A stretch of 45,254 nt of DNA from assembly GCF_006345805.1 (NCBI RefSeq), contig NW_021834854.1, forward strand, positions 1 to 45,254. The letters are read 5' to 3'. Positions 23,731 through 37,558 of the stretch are shown here, piece by piece (the first letter of the stretch is position 1; each line of letters opens with the position of its first letter). Source of the stretch: Octopus sinensis (lineage: Eukaryota). The notes under the pieces are model-generated. The model was given only the letters and a program-made list of their open reading frames with translations, did not search any database and was not told the DNA's origin. A program made the translations under genes and the position numbers.

Positions 23731-23955
23731 AGTGTCGAGCTGGCAAAATCGTTAGCACGCTGGACGAAATGCACAGCGGCCTTTCGTTCGTCATTACGTT
23801 CTGAGTTCAAATTCCGCCGAGGTTGACTTTGCCTTTCATACTTTCGGGGTTGATAAATAAAGCACCAATCTAATATTGGGTTTGATGTAATTGCTTATTC
23901 CCCGTTACCCAAATTTCAGGCCTTGTGACTTTAGTAGAAAGGATTATTATTATTA
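23731..23955 (+). mobile_element. SINE family 3 copy with (ATT)n tail
   Basis: GAGCTGGCAAAATCGTTAGCACGCTGGACGAAATG..GAGTTCAAATTCCGCCGAGGTTGACTTTGCC..AGTAGAAAGGATTATTATT. Confidence 0.85.
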
Positions 23956-23989
23956 ATTTTTTTTATATATACACTCAACAGAATTCGAC

Positions 23990-25075
23990 TGTTGGAAAAG
24001 AACAAATCCTGCCATCGGGTTAACCTTAGATACCAAGAACCGTAGCTGTCTCTATTAACACTGTTTTCTGGAACTGTACTAAACTGGGGTTATGCCTGTT
24101 TCCCCTATCCATCTGTTCAGATCTTTAGGGATATTTCCCAATGCACCTATAACTACTGCGATACATTTTACCCGCACATTCCATAGTCTCTGTAATTCAA
24201 TGGCTAGGTCCTGGTACGTTTCTATGTTTCCTATGCTTTTCATATTAATGTTTTCATTATTTGGGACTGTAGAGTCAATTATCTGGCACTCTCTCTTCTA
24301 TTTATTTACTATTACCAAATCAAGCCTTCTAGCTTCTAATACTCTGTCAGTCTGAATGTTAAAGCCCTACAGTATCTTATATTTCTTATCTTTTCGTACT
24401 TTACTAGATTCATGTTCATACCATTTATTAGTATGTTCATATCTTAGCTTTCTACATAGCTCTCAGTGAATTTCTGGTATTCTTTCTGTTCCAGCATGCT
24501 ACACTCACTTACTATATGCGTAACGCTTTCTCCTTTTTATTTACATAATTTACATTGAGAATCTGCCTGCTTTGTGTCTATCTTGGCTTTTATACAATTA
24601 GTCCTTAACGGCCTATCTTGAGAAGCAACTAATAAGCTTTCGGTCTCCCACTTCATCTGCCCTTTCTGCACCCATTTAGCTTTGACTTCATTGGTTTTCT
24701 CACCCTTCAGAAGTACTCCGTCTCAATTTTCGTTTTCATTTCTGTAGTTTGTGCTGTGTCAGATTCTAACACTCCTAGATACTTATAACTCTCTCCTCCT
24801 TTCAATGATAATTCGTACTTATAACTCTCTCCTCCTTTCATCAGGTAATTGGATACCTTCATTGTTGACTACATGTCCGCTTCTCCAAACTAATATTGCA
24901 CCCTTATCTGTACCAAATTCCATGCTTATGTTTGCTGAAGTGTCTTACAATCTGTATTTAGAAATCTGTCTCGTTTTCATTCCCAACAAAAAGCTTCAGA
25001 TCATTCATGTAGAGCAAATGGTTAATTTTTCTATTACTATTTCTGATCTGACACCCTGCCTTTTCCTTCTTTAAT
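23990..25075 (-). pseudogene. Old, internally deleted R4/Dong-like fragment (second subfamily)
   Basis: INHLLYMNDLKLF (24987-25026), SYKYLGVLESD, WETESLLVASQDRPLRTN..QCKLCK*KGESVTHIVSEC, KWYEH, TDRVLEARRLDLVIVNK..IIDSTVP, YQDLAIELQRLWN..IGALG. Many stops and frameshifts. Confidence 0.8.
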
Positions 25076-25234
25076 AATAAACTGAGGGGGGATCAAACAC
25101 AGAACAAATATTAAAGAGGATAACGAGGCCCCCTGGAAAATTCCTCTTTTAACTTTTCCCTAAGAGTGTGTCACCTGAATATAAAACTACTTTCCATTCT
25201 TTCATGCTAAAACTAATTAATTCTCTGACAAGAG

Positions 25235-25360
25235 GAGCTACAGAAAATTCCACTAAGCAAACATTTAGAAATATGCGAAAAAAAATTCAAGATCTTCCTC
25301 TTCTACAAATGTTCAAAGAACGAGCCAAACTTCCAAAAATCAATGGAGTTTTACTCTTAG
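25235..25360 (+). pseudogene. Possible C-terminal remnant of a Penelope-like GIY-YIG endonuclease
   Basis: ELQKIPLSKHLEICEKKFKIFLFYKCSKNEPNFQKSMEFYS* resembles, from memory, the H..C..KF.I.PFYK..E tail of PLE endonucleases. The GIY-YIG motif itself is not seen. Confidence 0.33.
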
Positions 25361-25619
25361 TCACCAACGTTTTGTTGATGGCAACATTATCAAACCCCAT
25401 AAAATCATCCACGAATTTATCTTATTTGCTTTTAACGATTTTCTAATAATTTTACGAGTCCAATATTTGTGCCGGACAGACGTAAAGTCGAATAAAATGA
25501 CCTAACTTGATTTTTACTTTTCCATATATTTTTTTGAAAACCGACATATAATCGAGAAAGATTTAAGCTGAGATATACCTGTATATATCTATTTATCCAT
25601 CGATCCATGGATCCATCCA

Positions 25620-25900
<281 letters not shown>

Positions 25901-26326
25901 GATACTTCTTCTGCACGTTTGCCGGCTTGGCTTCTTCTCAGCCTGGCTGCCCGCAAATAATTTCATATTCTTTTATATTCACTTTTATTCTATTTCATCA
26001 CCCGTATTATCGTTCCACTGAACATTCTAATTGGAAAATATTGAAATCACACAAATGAAACATCCACACATTACCTGAAAGACTTTCAATGAGATCATTA
26101 CGCTTGGCTCTGGCGTTGTAAGGAGATGAGGTAATGGAAGTATGAACGGCAGTCAAGCTTTGCGTCTCTGCTCTATCGTTAATTGCTCCTTTTAATGTGA
26201 ATCTGCATCTTGTAAACGACGCCGAGAAAAAGGATTTTTAGATTCGCTATCAATATATTCTTCTGTTTAGCTGAGGAGCGTGAAGGAGTAAGGAGATGTG
26301 GTGGACTCTGCAAAGTGCGGAAGACG

Positions 26327-26835
26327 GTATGTATGTATGTATGTATGTATGTATGTATGTATGTATGTATGTATGTATGTATGTATGTATGTATGTATGT
26401 ATGTATGCATGAATGTATGTATGTATGTATGTATGTATGTACGTACGTACGTATGTATGTATGTATGTATGCATGTATGTATGTATGAATGTATGTAAGA
26501 GTGTATGTATGTTTGTATGTATATATATGTATGTACGTACGTACGTATGTATGTATGTATGTATGTATGTATGTATGTATATATGTATCTATGTATGTAT
26601 GTATGTAAGTATGTAAGCGCAGATCTTTTATATGAATATATGTATGTACAGATACGCATATGCATGTATGTATATATGTAAGTATATATACACAGATATG
26701 TAGATAGATAGATAGATAGGACATAGATACTCACATACATATGTGCATACATACTTACATACATACATACATACATGCGATCATACATAAACATATACAT
26801 ATATGCATGCATTCATACATAAATACATGCAAACA

Positions 26836-26870
<35 letters not shown>
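26327..26870. repeat. (TATG)n ... (CATA)n tetranucleotide block
   Basis: Directly visible; it is the source of the HTYI/MYVC ORFs. Confidence 0.9.
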
Positions 26871-27074
26871 GTCGATATATGTGGAGCTGTGAGGATGCTT
26901 GCAATCGTGTGGACATGTCATTCTGGCGTAAAGTCCTAACTAGTTTCAAAGTGCGGGTGGCTGTCCTAGCACGCGCTTTTACGTGACTGTATACGAGTAT
27001 GTGTTAAATAACATTTTAAATACATACATACACATATGTCACGCATATACACACACACAAATATACGTATACAT

Positions 27075-27152
<78 letters not shown>

Positions 27153-27198
27153 CATATACACACACACAAATATACGTATACATGCACACACACACACG

Positions 27199-27229
<31 letters not shown>

Positions 27230-27499
27230 GGAGGCGCAATGGACTAGTGGTTAGGGCAGCGGACTCACGGTTGCAGGATCGCTGTTTCGATTCCCAGACC
27301 GGGCGTTGTGAGTGTTTATTGAGTGTCTACGAGGCTCCGGCAGGGGATGGTGATCCCTGCTGTACTCTTTCATCACTCTTTCTTCTGTTGGCCTGCTCGC
27401 TTAGCCAGCGGGGTGGCGTCATTCGAAGGCTAACACAATGCGAACGCATTGTGACCAGCGATGTGTAACAACATCTGATGGTCTGGTCGGTCACGTGAT

Positions 27500-27506
<7 letters not shown>
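27230..27506 (+). mobile_element. tRNA-derived SINE, family 2 (full length) in (TA)n
   Basis: A-box TGGACTAGTGG and B-box GTTTCGATTCC; it ends GGTCACGTGATCACGTGA. (TA)n lies on both sides. Confidence 0.88.
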
Positions 27507-27542
<36 letters not shown>

Positions 27543-28081
27543 CATACATATACACATATACATATATATATACACAAATATACATCCATGTGCATATATA
27601 TATATATATACATATATATGTATGCATATACACCCACACACCCACATATATATATATACAAACATACATACATGTACATAAATATATATATTATATATAT
27701 ATAAAAACATACACACACGCACTCGCACACACACTCAGGGACACACACGCCCTCACACACACGCATACACACAGAGAATGAGGGAGTGAGAATTTGCTTC
27801 TATGTATATGTACATTGCCCTCACTTAATCTCTGCTTGTTTGCTATTGTGTATGTTCGTGTGCGTCTGTGTGCGTGTGCGAGCGGGCAGGGAAAGACCGC
27901 CCCTTATTCTTTGCGACGATTACTAACAACCGACAACTATCGTAGAAAATGGACGTCATGAAAGTTTTAAATATATACGTATAATGAACACACACACACA
28001 CACACACATACACGGGCGCTCACACGTACAGACAATCACAGACATACATTGATACAAATACATATACATATGCTCCAATAA

Positions 28082-28134
<53 letters not shown>

Positions 28135-28146
28135 GAGATAGATATG

Positions 28147-28182
<36 letters not shown>

Positions 28183-28256
28183 AGTAGATAGATAGATAGA
28201 TAGATAGATATAAAAGATCGATAGATAGATAGACAAATAGTTAGATAGATAGATAT

Positions 28257-28369
28257 GTTTCTTTATTAGCCACACAGGGCTGCACACAGACTGGACAAAT
28301 TACAAGGTAGAGCTTTTCTTTTGGGAGTAAAAAAAGGGGGTTTGGTTTTCGACCCCCCCCCTTTTTTTT
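28257..28369 (-). mobile_element. 3' end of an unidentified non-LTR retroelement in (TATC)n
   Basis: Minus strand ...GTCCAGTCTGTGTGCAGCCCTGTGTGGCTAATAAAGAAAC followed by (TATC)n, with the same repeat upstream. The terminal 34 nt are identical to 44044-44077. Confidence 0.7.
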
Positions 28370-28371
28370 AG

Positions 28372-28437
<66 letters not shown>

Positions 28438-30352
28438 GGATAGCCAGATAGATGGATGTACAATGAGTGAGAGAAAAGGTGAGATAAATAGATACATAAA
28501 TAGACGCTGAGAGAAAGGGGGGGAGAGATACATACTTATATACATATCCATATAGTTATATGCAGCATGATAGATATAGAAACGGACAATTGGATCCATA
28601 GAAAGAAAAGGAGAGACAGCGACAATGAGAGTAAGTTTGTGAGTGCGTGTGTGTGTGAGTGTATGTCTTTGTATGTGTGTGAGAGATAGATAGTGAGAGA
28701 GAGAGAGGGAGATAAATAGATAGTGAGAGTGAGAGAGAGAGTGAGAGAGAGAGAGAAGGTGAGAGAGTGTTGAAGAGATGGAGATGGAGAAATAGAAAGA
28801 GAAAACAAATTAATTATGAAATAAATAAAGCAGTCAGAAATACAGAATAAAAACAAATTAAAAACGGTAAAGAGAAAAGTAGAATAGAATTGGCAGAAAA
28901 GAATTGTGTGTCTTTGACATAGTAACATGGTGGTAGCTTGAAGAGCCATTGTACACACACACGCGCAGACACACACGGACACACACACAGACACTTATAC
29001 AAACGTACACCTACACTTACAAAAAAATATGTTCTTGTATAATTTGCCAGCTATACATAAGAACACTCTTTTGTATCCACTATATGATATTTTTTCTTAT
29101 TATTTTTAAGGAGGCTTTTGTAAGTTCCTTTATCGGATGCCCAGGCCAGACAAACGTGACATCACCCTCACCTTCACATTTTCTTTACTATTTCCTTCTA
29201 CTAATCCCTTGCTTTGAGAGAAATATTGACAAGGAACCCCTTTACCTCCAGACCCTAACCCTTCGTCCGGTCATTATTTGCCTCATTTGTCCCCTTTTTA
29301 TTATCTTATTTCTTTCCCATTCAAGAATCCACTTCTTATTTTTTTTGTCGTCCATCTTAACATTATTTTCTTATTCAAACCAACATCTCTCGAATATGCT
29401 CTTTCAGTTTCCATCTTCATATCTCCAACTTCACAATACGTATTATCACCATTCTATGTTATTCTGTTTCCCTGTTATTCTCTACTGTTTTGCTGCCATT
29501 ATAGTCTCTGCTAATAGTTCCTAATAACAAATTGCTCTTTCATACTCTTCAATCGTTTATTTTATTATTTTTATCAAATATATTGCATTTATTGTATTTC
29601 TCTTGTACACTTTAAAATTTCTAAAACATTTATTTTTATTCATTTCATCTCACGCTTTTCAAAACTAATAAAACATGCATAAAAAGGTAAAACATATCAA
29701 AAGAAGCTATCTATATATTTTCTATAATATTTTCATACAATTTCATTATTTTCTTCTATTTTCTGATAAAGTGGCTTCGAAAAAATAACACTAAGAAAAA
29801 TTTTAAATATACTACAAATATCACTGCTTGATTCTTCACAGTCCCATAATTCCATTTTTAAACATTATAAGAGTACTATCCTTTTATCATATATTAAACA
29901 TATTAAAATCGTTAATATCAGTGACAATTTTACCACTAATATTACGTCAGTAAGAAGGCATCACTCATATCAACATCATAAACAACATCTTTCGCACGAT
30001 TATAAAAAATCGACATGACCCTTAACACCGCCATCATACACATTCACCGAAGCCTCCCTATCACGATTGGTAGAAACCATCTCCGACCCCATTACCAAGA
30101 TGGCTTCCACGATCAACGCCCTACCGCTGTCGTCGCTAGCTATACCGCCATTTTCTCGTTTGACCGAGGCCTCTTCACTCTATTTATTAAGTATCTCTCA
30201 TCAATCAAACCCTTCTTGTCGTAGTACTTATGACCATCATGCTGTCGAAAGAGTCAAAGCCTAGCTAACCCCTTTCCTATCTTCAAACCTTCAAACCACC
30301 AATTAAACTGATGGCTGCAAACCACACACACGCACACACATATATATGTATG

Positions 30353-30417
<65 letters not shown>

Positions 30418-30743
30418 TGTATGTGTGTGGGTATAATATATGCATATATGTAATATATTATATATAATATATATATTATATATATATGTGTGTGTGTGTG
30501 TGTGTATATATATATACATATATATATATATATACAAGCAGATATATATATGTATATATATATATTTATACATAGACGTACATGCATACATATAAATGTA
30601 AAGTAAATATAAACGTAAACACATACACACACATACATACATATATATATATATATGTATACATGCATACATACACTCATATGAATACATGCTTGTTATA
30701 TACACATACATATATATGTGTATTATATTTATATATGCATAAT

Positions 30744-30777
<34 letters not shown>

Positions 30778-31191
30778 ATATATTATACATACACACACAC
30801 ACATATATATATATATGTATGTATATTATATATACTACTATAATATATATATATATATTATATATATATATATATTTCAACAATTGAGGGTAAAATTAAT
30901 TAATTATTAATCAATTTCACACCAAGTATTCAGTATGTAAGGGACCATTTAAGGCGAATTCAAAATATTACATTATATAAAAGTGGTTAGTAAAATAGTA
31001 TGTGGCAAGTAATTTATTTTACTAAGCCCTTTTATATAATGTAAAATATATCTATATATTATATATATATATATATATATAATAAATATATTATATATAC
31101 ATATACATATATATTATATAACATACAGTTTCGCAATGCTAACAACGATAATAGATCTCAAAACATGAGTATATGTACATTTTTTAATAAC

Positions 31192-31302
31192 ATTTGGCAG
31201 AAGTAACAGAGTAACTCAAAAGCCGAAAATTTTGTGCGTCTTTCTATGTGGTGCGAATGCACGAAAAACACGGCCTTCGAGTCACTGCTACTTCTGCCAA
31301 AT
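31192..31302. mobile_element. Short MITE-like foldback
   Basis: ATTTGGCAGAAGTAACAGAGTAACTCAAAAGCCG (31192-31225) versus the reverse complement of 31271-31302. Confidence 0.65.
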
Positions 31303-31518
31303 ATCGGTTTCAAATATTCGCACGAGGCTAGCGATTGCGGGAGAAAGGGTTAAGTCGATTTTAACAGCCCCAGCGCCCAAATGGTATCTATTTAATCGAC
31401 CGTGAAAGGATGAAATGCAAAGTCGATCGCGGTAGAATTTGAACTCAGAACATATAAACGGACGAAACTCCGCTTTGTATTTTGTCCGGTCTGCAAACTA
31501 TCGTGCCAGCTACCGCCT
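31303..31518 (-). mobile_element. SINE family 3 copy
   Basis: Plus strand shows GAAAGGATGAAATGCAAAGTCGA..GAATTTGAACTCAGAAC..GCCAGCTACCGCC. Confidence 0.75.
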
Positions 31519-32277
31519 TCCTTCTACCAGATATTAATTAAAAAATACGCATAAAACGCACGCGCAGTCTCCCCACCCCACTAAACAATGTCATGAATGC
31601 GCATGAGCACTAGCCTGTCATTCTTTCACTACATCCAGCTAGTCCAATCGTGATATCCAGCTAGTGATATCTAACCACAACATCTAGCCCTAACCCCACC
31701 CCAAATAATAAACAGTACTCAATGTTAACACCATTCAGACCAATATTCCTCTGTCACCTTCAAATAATTTACTTCTTCCTCATTTATTTCTCACCTCTTA
31801 TTTTTCGACTTTTACAAATCCGTATTCTCTCTTCTCAATAAATCGTCCACTTTTTCAGTTGTACTGTTTCAACGTCAAAAAAGAAAAAAAAAAAAATATC
31901 TGTGACAACGTCCTTGCCTTTATTCACTGCTTAATCCTGATTTCCTATGAATTTGTATAATAATTTATGTATTTATTTATTCTCTTGCCGCCATTCTTTT
32001 CATCGTTCTCGTCATTGTTTGCTGCTATTATACTCGGAATGGATAAATGTCGAAATGATATTGCTCAAGAAAGATTAATTCGAGAAAATATTTGTCGATG
32101 TCTGCTTCTTTGGTTCATCAAACTAATTTATTACTAATCGAACCATAAACAATATTCTATGTTATAAATATCGTTCCTATATCCATATACTGAAACATAA
32201 ATGTGAGTGTGCATGTATGTATGTATGTATATATATAAATATATATATATATGTATAATGTATATATATGTATTATG

Positions 32278-32332
<55 letters not shown>

Positions 32333-32350
32333 GTATATATATATTATATG

Positions 32351-32382
<32 letters not shown>

Positions 32383-32925
32383 ATATATTATATATGTGTG
32401 TATGTATATGTAAAAAAATACAAACTGGGACAAGAACGCAAAACATTTAGAAGACGTTACAAAAACACGGACGGGACATTCGAAGCCTTCAATCTTCAGT
32501 CAAGAACCGATCATCCTCGCAATTTCGGCTGATTAATCTTGAGATCACTCCGATCCGGCCAGCCCCAAGGAAAAACTAAGCTACGAGCATTAGATTTCTT
32601 GGAAAAGGATCGAATGTATACGAAACAGGGACAGAAAAACGGACGATGCCACACGAATATAAATACAAAAAGCAATAATAGTAATAACAGGACAAAAACA
32701 GCGTGTGTCTTACGACTATAGACAGTACAACTTAGTTTAGCTGGCGTATTTGGAAAAAAATGCCTTTTTCGGCAGACCAAGAAAACGATGTTCTCATGGC
32801 GGTGGTCGGGAGCCGAAAGGCTGGTCGACCAGCGGTCACGTGAGAGGAGAAGAGAGAGAAAAGAAGGGGGCAAAGGAATCAAAGAGAGAGAGAAAAAGAG
32901 GGACAAAGGCACCAAAGAGGGGATA

Positions 32926-32958
<33 letters not shown>

Positions 32959-33194
32959 CAGATCAAAGTGGAGTGCAAAGTGTGAAAGGCAGAGAAATGT
33001 AGGCGAGGGGGAAGAGGGAGAGGGAGAGACAGTGTTATAGAGTCGTACTTAATTTAAAGAAATATGTACTTACATATCAGACCAAAAGGGTACGGGCCAC
33101 GCTATATATATATATGTATATGCAAAAAAATACAAACTGGGACATATATATATATATGTTGGTTGTCTAATCCTTATCCAGCGTTTGACCCCCT

Positions 33195-33583
33195 CCTGTA
33201 TCTACACCTTTGAACCATCATAGGATCTGACGTGGCTTTTTGAGCCAAATAATGTTTTGAAAAGACACCTACGTAGATTGCATATCCGATTTGGACCACG
33301 AACAGCTGCAGTTAAGTACTGATCTTTGTGGATCGTAAAATGTGTTTTCAGGCCTCCGTTAGATTTGCAACCCTTCTTGTATACATTGCATTGATAGGTG
33401 TGTACAGGCATATAGGCAAAACAGTTGTTGGAGGTTCGTTTTCCATGGGTTCGTAAATGAGATTTCAGCCCAGGGAACGAAAGGCATGGTCTTTCACAAA
33501 CTGTCCTCACTAAAAGTTCATTGTGATTCACCTTCTCGATCGTAACGTTCTTCTTCAAATCCCTCTTGAGTTCTGCATGCGTT
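33195..33583 (-). pseudogene. 3' end of an RTE-like LINE ORF with three degenerate C2H2 fingers
   Basis: THAELKRDLKKNV..., then VCERPCLSFPGLKSHLRTH, CNVYKKGCKSNGGLKTHFTIH and ICNLRRCLFKTLFGSKSHVRS. The CxxCxRxCxSxxGLxSHxRxH pattern is typical of RTE-clade C-termini. Confidence 0.65.
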
Positions 33584-33585
33584 AT

Positions 33586-33775
33586 CCTGGCCTATACTGC
33601 AGCCCCATCTTTTGTCGAGCAAATCGACACCAGGACTTATTCTTTGTAAGCCCGTACTTATTCTATCGGTTTCTTTTGTCGAACCGCTATGCTACATTGA
33701 CGTAAACACGTCAGCATCGGTTGTCAAGCGATGTTAGCGGGGGGAGGGGACAAACACAGACACACAAACACGAAC
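33586..33775 (-). mobile_element. SINE family 1, 3' fragment
   Basis: Reverse complement of ..ACATCGCTTGACAAC..GCGGTTCG..CCGATAGAATAAGTAC..CAAAGAATAAGTC. Confidence 0.75.
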
Positions 33776-34740
33776 ACACACACACACAAGCATGCACATG
33801 CGCGTGCGCGTAGAGTCTGCTTCCTGTGGGTTATAGGTTGATTCTTTTAGGAATATCTGATAAAGGCAACGTAGAGATCACTGACAGACATTACATTGCA
33901 AAATAGAGAGAGTGACAGAACGTGAGAAGAAGAGAGAGAGAGAGAGAAGAAATTTCACGGCCATATCACATTTTCTTTAGACATTGAACTTTCACGGCCT
34001 TATCACATTTTCTTTAGACATTAGCATTTGCGACACAGTCAACCAAAACAGGCATACACCAAAGGTTCCATTTCTGCATCCAGTGAGAAACATGCAATAT
34101 TAAACGATTTTGTAAGGGAAAAGATCTGAAATGTAAACCAGATGCATACATATCAACAACTTCCTAGATAATTTAATCGAAAAGTGAAATCTGAATAAGG
34201 CGTCATACGCTACTGTTTGGATTGATTGTATGCATATATGAATACTAACACTTCTATATCTATAACAAAACATCGTTTCTTCGGACTCATTATGCGTTGC
34301 TTTTTATCCTTTCGCACCGACAAAATGGGTGGCACTTGAGCACTGGGGTTGAGGCTTACATCTCCTCTTAAAACTGGTAGACGTGTGTCAAAATTTAACT
34401 AACTAAACATAGACGCACATAGAGATATACGCATCCGCAAATGAAGAAACATACAATAGAAATACAAAATGGCTGACGATTAGTAAGGAGAGACACACAA
34501 ATAAGAAAGAAGAAAACAAAGGACCATTGATGCGGTCACAGGAGTGTGACGAAAGAACTCTGGCCTAAATAAGATTAAGAGTAATGTAAAAAGTAAATAA
34601 CACTGAAGCAAAGTAACACCAAATATATAGTGCGCGTATTTTTATTGACTAAACTGGTAACATGACCATTCCGAAATACAACAATGTCTGTTTCAACACA
34701 CTACTTCACATAAGAAATCTTGCACAACAAATATATAAAC

Positions 34741-34811
<71 letters not shown>

Positions 34812-34833
34812 TATTATTATTACTATTATTATT

Positions 34834-35207
34834 CAGTAGTTTTATTTTTATAGCGTGCTTTTACTTCACTACCCAGCGCAGCTCTGTGTGCCTTGGGTAT
34901 GTACTGTGGTTTGTTGTGAGGCTCTTTTGGTTATTGTATGGAAAGTGTTCTGCGTAGGATGTGTGCAGTGCCTAGTAGTGCAATTTTCTGTATGTTATAC
35001 ATATTTGTAACTCCTGGTGTTTTTGTTATGTATTTGTCTGAATAATTTTTTATCATACCTAATGCACCTACTATGATTGAAATTGTTTCTGTTTTTAAAT
35101 TCCACATTCGAGTTACCTCTATTTCCAGGTCTTTGTATTTTGAAAGTTTCTCCATTTCTTTTGGAGAAACGTTGTCATCTGCTGGTATTGATACATCAAT
35201 TAGAAAG

Positions 35208-35210
<3 letters not shown>
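34834..35210 (-). mobile_element. 5'-truncated copy of the R4/Dong element in (TAA)n
   Basis: Highly similar to 19603-19979. It encodes MEKLSKYKDLEIEVTRMWNLK..ALLGTAHILRRTLSIQ* and has the same 3' junction. (TTA)n lies on both sides. Confidence 0.92.
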
Positions 35211-35270
<60 letters not shown>

Positions 35271-35271
<1 letters not shown>

Positions 35272-35745
35272 GAGTGAGAGAGCAGTTCATGCCAAAGTGA
35301 CACTGGGGTAAAATATACGAAGCCCAATATACCCATCATGACTACCCGTCTGATAAGGGTACACCAGGCACATGCATCACAACCATATGTGCGCGACATG
35401 GTGATCTCATATCAAGATAAACAGCGCATGACCTTGCAGGTGGGGCCCAGTTAGAATTTTCTTCAGGTTGAGTAGCCCATCCCGCTCAAACGGTCCCTGA
35501 ATAAGGGTTGTTTAAGGATGTTGAAAGAATCACCCATGTTTCCAGAGGTGAATTATTCAAACCCAAAGAATCCCTCTCAACACATGGCTATGATGCTCCC
35601 CCACTACTTCTGCTTGTGGTCAGAGATGCACATATTGTCAGCCACTAATGGACATGCTCAACTGGTTACGGTCAAACAACTGACAAGCAAATCTGTAGTA
35701 TTGAGCAGAATATTTGCTGTAGCCCATCTTTTACACCAAGACAAA
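35271..35745 (-). mobile_element. 5'-truncated copy of non-coding element X in (TAA)n
   Basis: Reverse complement of ~12255-12724 with the same CTCTCTCACTCA|ATAATA end. Pure (TTA)n lies on both sides. Confidence 0.82.
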
Positions 35746-35818
<73 letters not shown>

Positions 35819-36254
35819 TATCGTTACATTTACGTGTTCAGAACTACCAGTTCTGAGTTTTGTTCCCAGTAATAATATGAAATATTTGTGTGTGTGTGTG
35901 TATGTGTGTGTGTGTGTGCCTATGTGTGAATATGTGTGCGCGCGTCTGTGTGCGTATATGCATAATATATGTTTGCAGATATACATAAATGCATATTAGT
36001 GAATCAATCTGCGTGAGCGTGTATGTCTGTGTGCACGTGTCGTGTTGTACATGAGAGAGATTGTATGTGTACTTCTGTTTATACATATAATTACGTGTAT
36101 ATGAGTGTGTGTGTTTGCCTGTGTACTCCTATACTCCCATGTGTATATTCATACATATATGTATATGTATATGCCTGTATGTATATATATATATATATAT
36201 AATATATATATATATACAAGCATATACATATACACATATATATATTCATATATG

Positions 36255-36345
<91 letters not shown>

Positions 36346-36843
36346 ATATATTGCATGTGGGGGCGCTCGTGTTCGTGTTTCGTATGTTTCTATAACTATG
36401 CAGATTCAAAGTGATTAGGAATATAATGGCTTACTTTGTAGCAAGTAAAATTGAAGAATTTCTTAGAGAATGAACGATGTGGAAAACACAGCGAGAGCTA
36501 AATCACAAGTGGAAGAAGCCAAAAAAAAAGAAAATGAAACAAAAACGAAAAAGTAAAAAGAACAACAAATCCCAAAAGAAGAAAGCTACGACAACAGCAA
36601 GAACAAACGCGAAATGGCTTAGATGACGATGCATGGTCAATCGTGAAAAGAGAGAAAATTAATCAAACAATACAAATCTAAGAAAATAGTAAAAAGGAGA
36701 AAAAAAAAACATGAATGTGGACATAAGGACATTAGATTGGTTGGAGGTTGAAGAAGAAGATAAGCAGAAAATGATGCCATGTACCGATTACTGCGTGTGT
36801 GTGGGAATGCGTGCCTTTGTGTATGTGGGTGTGTGTGTGAATG

Positions 36844-36913
<70 letters not shown>

Positions 36914-37463
36914 GTGTGTGTGTGTCTGTGTGCATATATATATATATCTATATATATATATATATATTATATATATATATATATATACCTTTTGATGCAT
37001 GTATATATAATATATATATGTATACATGTTCATATATATGTATATCTGTGTGTGTGTATAGGTAATTATATATACTTATATATATATATTTGTATATCAA
37101 TGTATTTATATATGTATGTTTATATATATATATGAAACTATTTATCATCTATCTATCTATACCTACATACCTCTATATATATACATATGTATATACATAT
37201 ATACATACATACATACATATATGTGTGCGAGTGTGTGTTTAGACAGATAGATAGTTACATAAAATGTGTGTGTGAAGGTGCATGTGTGTTCGTATTATGT
37301 GTGTGATTATGTATATAAACATATAAAGAGAGAGCGAGCGAGCAAGCGAGAGAAAGAGAGACTGAAAAATTGAGAGAGATATTGAGAGTGCAGAAAGAGA
37401 GAGTATATCTTGTGCGTGAAGCAAACTGTAGGAGAACAGAAAGACAAAAAGAAAGAAAGAAAC

Positions 37464-37516
<53 letters not shown>

Positions 37517-37522
37517 GAAAAA

Positions 37523-37558
<36 letters not shown>

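Noticed and set aside
32455-32505. CTGAAGA..CGAAT motif on the minus strand in a Penelope-like terminal region
   Set aside because: GAAA is broken, stem II would need a 1-3-nt loop, and no stem I pairing is present.
33202-33558. Host C2H2 zinc-finger gene (octopus has large C2H2 expansions)
   Set aside because: It lacks TGEKP linkers, the fingers are degenerate, and it is preceded in frame by an RTE-like HAELKR motif, so a LINE tail is the better explanation.
33953-34022. 37-bp tandem duplication; also 25-bp at 24780-24841
   Set aside because: Two-copy local slippage duplications without spacers; not CRISPR-like and of no evident function.
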